A DNA stretch of 64,000 nucleotides from Acidobacteriota bacterium (lineage in GTDB: Bacteria > Acidobacteriota > UBA890 > WLXD01): positions 373,827-437,826 of the forward strand of contig CAXWPH010000006.1 in NCBI GenBank assembly GCA_963666055.2. Reading direction: 5' to 3'. Position numbers and translations under genes: made by a program. Below, in pieces: positions 61,343-64,000 of this stretch. Position 1 is the stretch's first letter. Each line of letters opens with the position of its first letter. Below the pieces are notes generated by a model that worked only from the letters and a program-made list of their open reading frames with translations, was not told where the DNA came from and made no database searches.

Positions 61343-62002
61343 CTAGTGTCCTTCGATGACCACGTAGCGCTCGAAGCGCGCCACCTCGTCGTCGTCGACG
61401 TACTTACCGATCTCCCGACGAAACTGTTCGATCGCCACGTAGGGACGGTACTCCTCGAACTCGTGGATCATTCGCGGACCAATTCCCGGAATCGTTGCGA
61501 GCTGCTCCGCGGAGGCCGAGTTCAGGTCTAGCGGCACGAAGACGTACTGCTCGAGGCGTGCGACCTCGTCGTCGTCGACATACTTGCCGATCTCTCGACG
61601 AAACTGCGGCAGCGCTGCATACGGCCGGTACTCTTCGAACTCGTGCGCGATACGGCGCCCCACCCCGGGAATCAGCTGAATCTCGGCGTCGGTCACGTCG
61701 TTCAGGTTGATTGGCAGCCAGAGACGCGAGTAGACGGCGTCGCGCTGCTCGTCGCTCAGCCCGCCGCCAATCGCCGTGTCGAGCGCCGCGACGCTCACCC
61801 AAGGTCTTCCGCCGATGATGGTCGCGGCGCCGTCGGCACCGATGTGCGGCACCGCGGCGAGCTCCTGCTCGGTGGCCAGGTTCGGGTTGAGCAGGCTCTG
61901 GTTGGTGCCGACCTGCGCCGGCGCGGAGGTCACAGCGAGAGCGAAAACGGCGATGGCGAAGGCGGCGATGGCGAAGGTAAAGGCAACGCGAGGCGGGCGC
62001 AT
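61343..62002 (-). CDS. Secreted helix-hairpin-helix repeat protein (ComEA-like)
   Basis: Signal peptide; three HhH units (LAAVPHIG, IQLIPGVG, LATIPGIG); the last two are a 60-aa tandem duplication. Confidence 0.82.
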   Translation of the reverse strand: MRPPRVAFTFAIAAFAIAVFALAVTSAPAQVGTNQSLLNPNLATEQELAAVPHIGADGAATIIGGRPWVSVAALDTAIGGGLSDEQRDAVYSRLWLPINLNDVTDAEIQLIPGVGRRIAHEFEEYRPYAALPQFRREIGKYVDDDEVARLEQYVFVPLDLNSASAEQLATIPGIGPRMIHEFEEYRPYVAIEQFRREIGKYVDDDEVARFERYVVIEGH

Positions 62003-62056
62003 GAGGTCCTCGTCAGCAGGGGTTCAGAAAGGGCAAGGCTAACCTTAGGGACTACG

Positions 62057-64000
62057 TCAGGCTAGCGCCTCCCGGACACGCTGACGGTTCATCGGCATGT
62101 GGCACACGCGACGACCCGTCAGGGCGGCGAACGCGTTGGCGATGGCCGGGGCGATACCGAGGACCGCACGATCGCCGATGCCCGTGGGGGGGCGATCGCC
62201 GTCGATCAGCTCGACGTGAGTCTCGGGAGCGTCGGTCATGCGCATCACGGCGTAGTCGTGGAAGTTCGACTGCTCGACGCGCCCGTTCTTCATCGTAATG
62301 CGCCTCGTACAACGCGTTGCTGGCGCCGTAGACGACGGCGCCCTCGATCTGGCCGACGACGATTCTCGGCTGCACCGCGATACCGAGGTCGACGGCCATC
62401 CAGACGTTCGGCACGCGGATTGCGCCGCGTTGCTCGTCCGAGCGTGACCTCGGCGATCGTCGCCATGATCGTTCCGAAGGAGGGCGTGTAGGCAACGCCC
62501 AGCGCTCGCTCGCCGCGCCATTCCCAACTCGCCATGTCGGCCACGGTTCGCAGTACCTTGCGCGCCTGCTCCGATGGCAGGAACCGCAAGCGGAACTCCC
62601 ACCGGATCGACTCCCTCGGCGACCGCCACCTCATCGATGAAGCTCTCGGCAGCGAACTCCTGCTGCGCCGACGAGACACCGCGCATCCAAGAGACGCGAG
62701 TGGGGATCGGGCGGCGAACCCGCTGCGAGGCGCGTCCGAAGTCGTAGGCAAACTCCTCGCCCATACCCCAGGAGACCGCCGCGTGCTGCTCGGGGGTGCC
62801 GTCCCGCACCGCCGCAACCAGGCGAGGATCGGCGCGGCTCATCACGTCCTCTCCGACGGTGCGGTGGCCCCAGTCGACGATCCTCCCTTGATCGTCAACC
62901 CCACAGCGCACGCAGTGGGCGCTGATCGGCTTGAAGCGACCGAACTGGACGTCGTGCTCGCGGGTCCAGATCGACTTCACCGGCCGGCCGACAGCACGAG
63001 ACAGCAGCACCGCATCGATGGCCCATTCATGGTCCATGTCGCTGCGACGGCCGAACCCGCCACCAATGAACATGCGGTGCAACTTGACGTTGTCGGTCGG
63101 AATTCCGAGGGCGCCCGCGGCGGCGTGGACGAGGTGTGTGGGAGCCTGAGTACCGGCCCAGATCTCGACGCTCCGACCGTTGTCCGTCACCTGGGCGACC
63201 GCATTCAACGGCTCCATCTGCGCCTGGTACAGGAAGTCGGTGCGGTATTCCCGCTCGTAAGTGCTCACCCCCGTGCCCTCAACCGCCGACGCAGGCTGGT
63301 CGCGGGCAATCTCCATGTGTACCTCGAGCTCCGCATCGGAGTCGAAGTCGTCGCCTTCCACGGAGCTCCATTCGATCTGCAGCGTCGTACCCGCGGCGAT
63401 GGCGCCCTCGTACGTCGCGCTCACCACCCCGACGCCGTAGGGCAGCGCCACCACGTCGAGCACTCCGGGCACGGCTCTGGCAGCCTCGTCGTCGAGGCGC
63501 AGCACCGCGGCGCCGGGGACAGGTGCGCGAGCCACAGTCGCGTACACCATGCCGGGCAGATCGACATCGATGCTGTACTGCGCCACCCCAGTAACCTTCG
63601 ATGGAATGTCGCGCCGCGGCAGATCGTGACCGATGAGCCGGAAGACAGCCGGGTCCTTGAGGTCAGCGTCGGTGATCTCGGGCATGGTGGCAGGTAGCGA
63701 AGCCGTGGCGGCCACCTCGCCATAGTTGATGCGGCGGCCGCTTCTGGCGTGCACCACGACGCTCGGCTCGGTACTCAACTCCTCCACCGGAACGCCCCAC
63801 CGGGAGGCCACGCTATCCAACAAGACACGCCTCGCCTGAGCACCCTGACGTCGGAGCAGGTCGTAGTAGCCGGCCACCGAGGCGCTCGACTCGGTCATCA
63901 GCAGCCCGTAGTAACCCGGGTTGCCGTAGGGTTCGTCTTGCGCCGGGGTGAACTCGATGCGAACGGCGTCCCAGTCGGCATCGAGCTCCTCGGCAAAGAT
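62057..64000 (-). pseudogene. Xanthine dehydrogenase family molybdopterin subunit (IorB-like), 5'-truncated by window edge, three frameshifts
   Basis: QAQMEP, GTQAP, GGGFGRR, WTREHD, QIEG, NFHDY, APAIANA. Single extra G on the minus strand near 62599, 62438 and 62303, which together restore the frame. Confidence 0.8.

Noticed and set aside
61360-61720. Direct repeat as CRISPR or mobile element
   Set aside because: It is an in-frame 180-bp coding duplication of an HhH unit, with no spacers or cas genes.

Overview
GC-rich bacterial window with no rRNA, tRNA, CRISPR array or transposase that I could recognise. A PadR + ADOP permease pair and many secreted hydrolases (CocE, VPS10/BNR, M28, serine hydrolases, LVIVD, amidohydrolase) suggest an Acidobacteriota- or Gemmatimonadota-like organism (inference). 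Core content: a beta-oxidation cluster, opgGH, metF, betA, an acetolactate synthase-like gene and a molybdo-oxidoreductase. Main observations: (1) three paralogous secreted proteins fuse a c-type heme to a PHM/DBH-type copper monooxygenase, and two of them flank a PQQ dehydrogenase and a cytochrome c, suggesting a periplasmic PQQ-to-heme-to-copper oxygenation system; (2) a PTPS-IV-type orphan pathway with lipid-carrier genes sits directly against opgGH and may decorate periplasmic glucans; (3) a selenoprotein missed by the ORF track (WASW-U-GC, with a SECIS-like hairpin); (4) a 279-bp MITE with perfect 34-bp inverted repeats, plus remnants at TAG stop codons; (5) a Rieske oxygenase and a RidA-family protein with Tat-like signals, and a FeeM-cNMP fusion. 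Several single-base frameshifts and deletion-like junctions point to sequencing/assembly error or gene decay. All family assignments come from motif recognition by eye, not from database searches.
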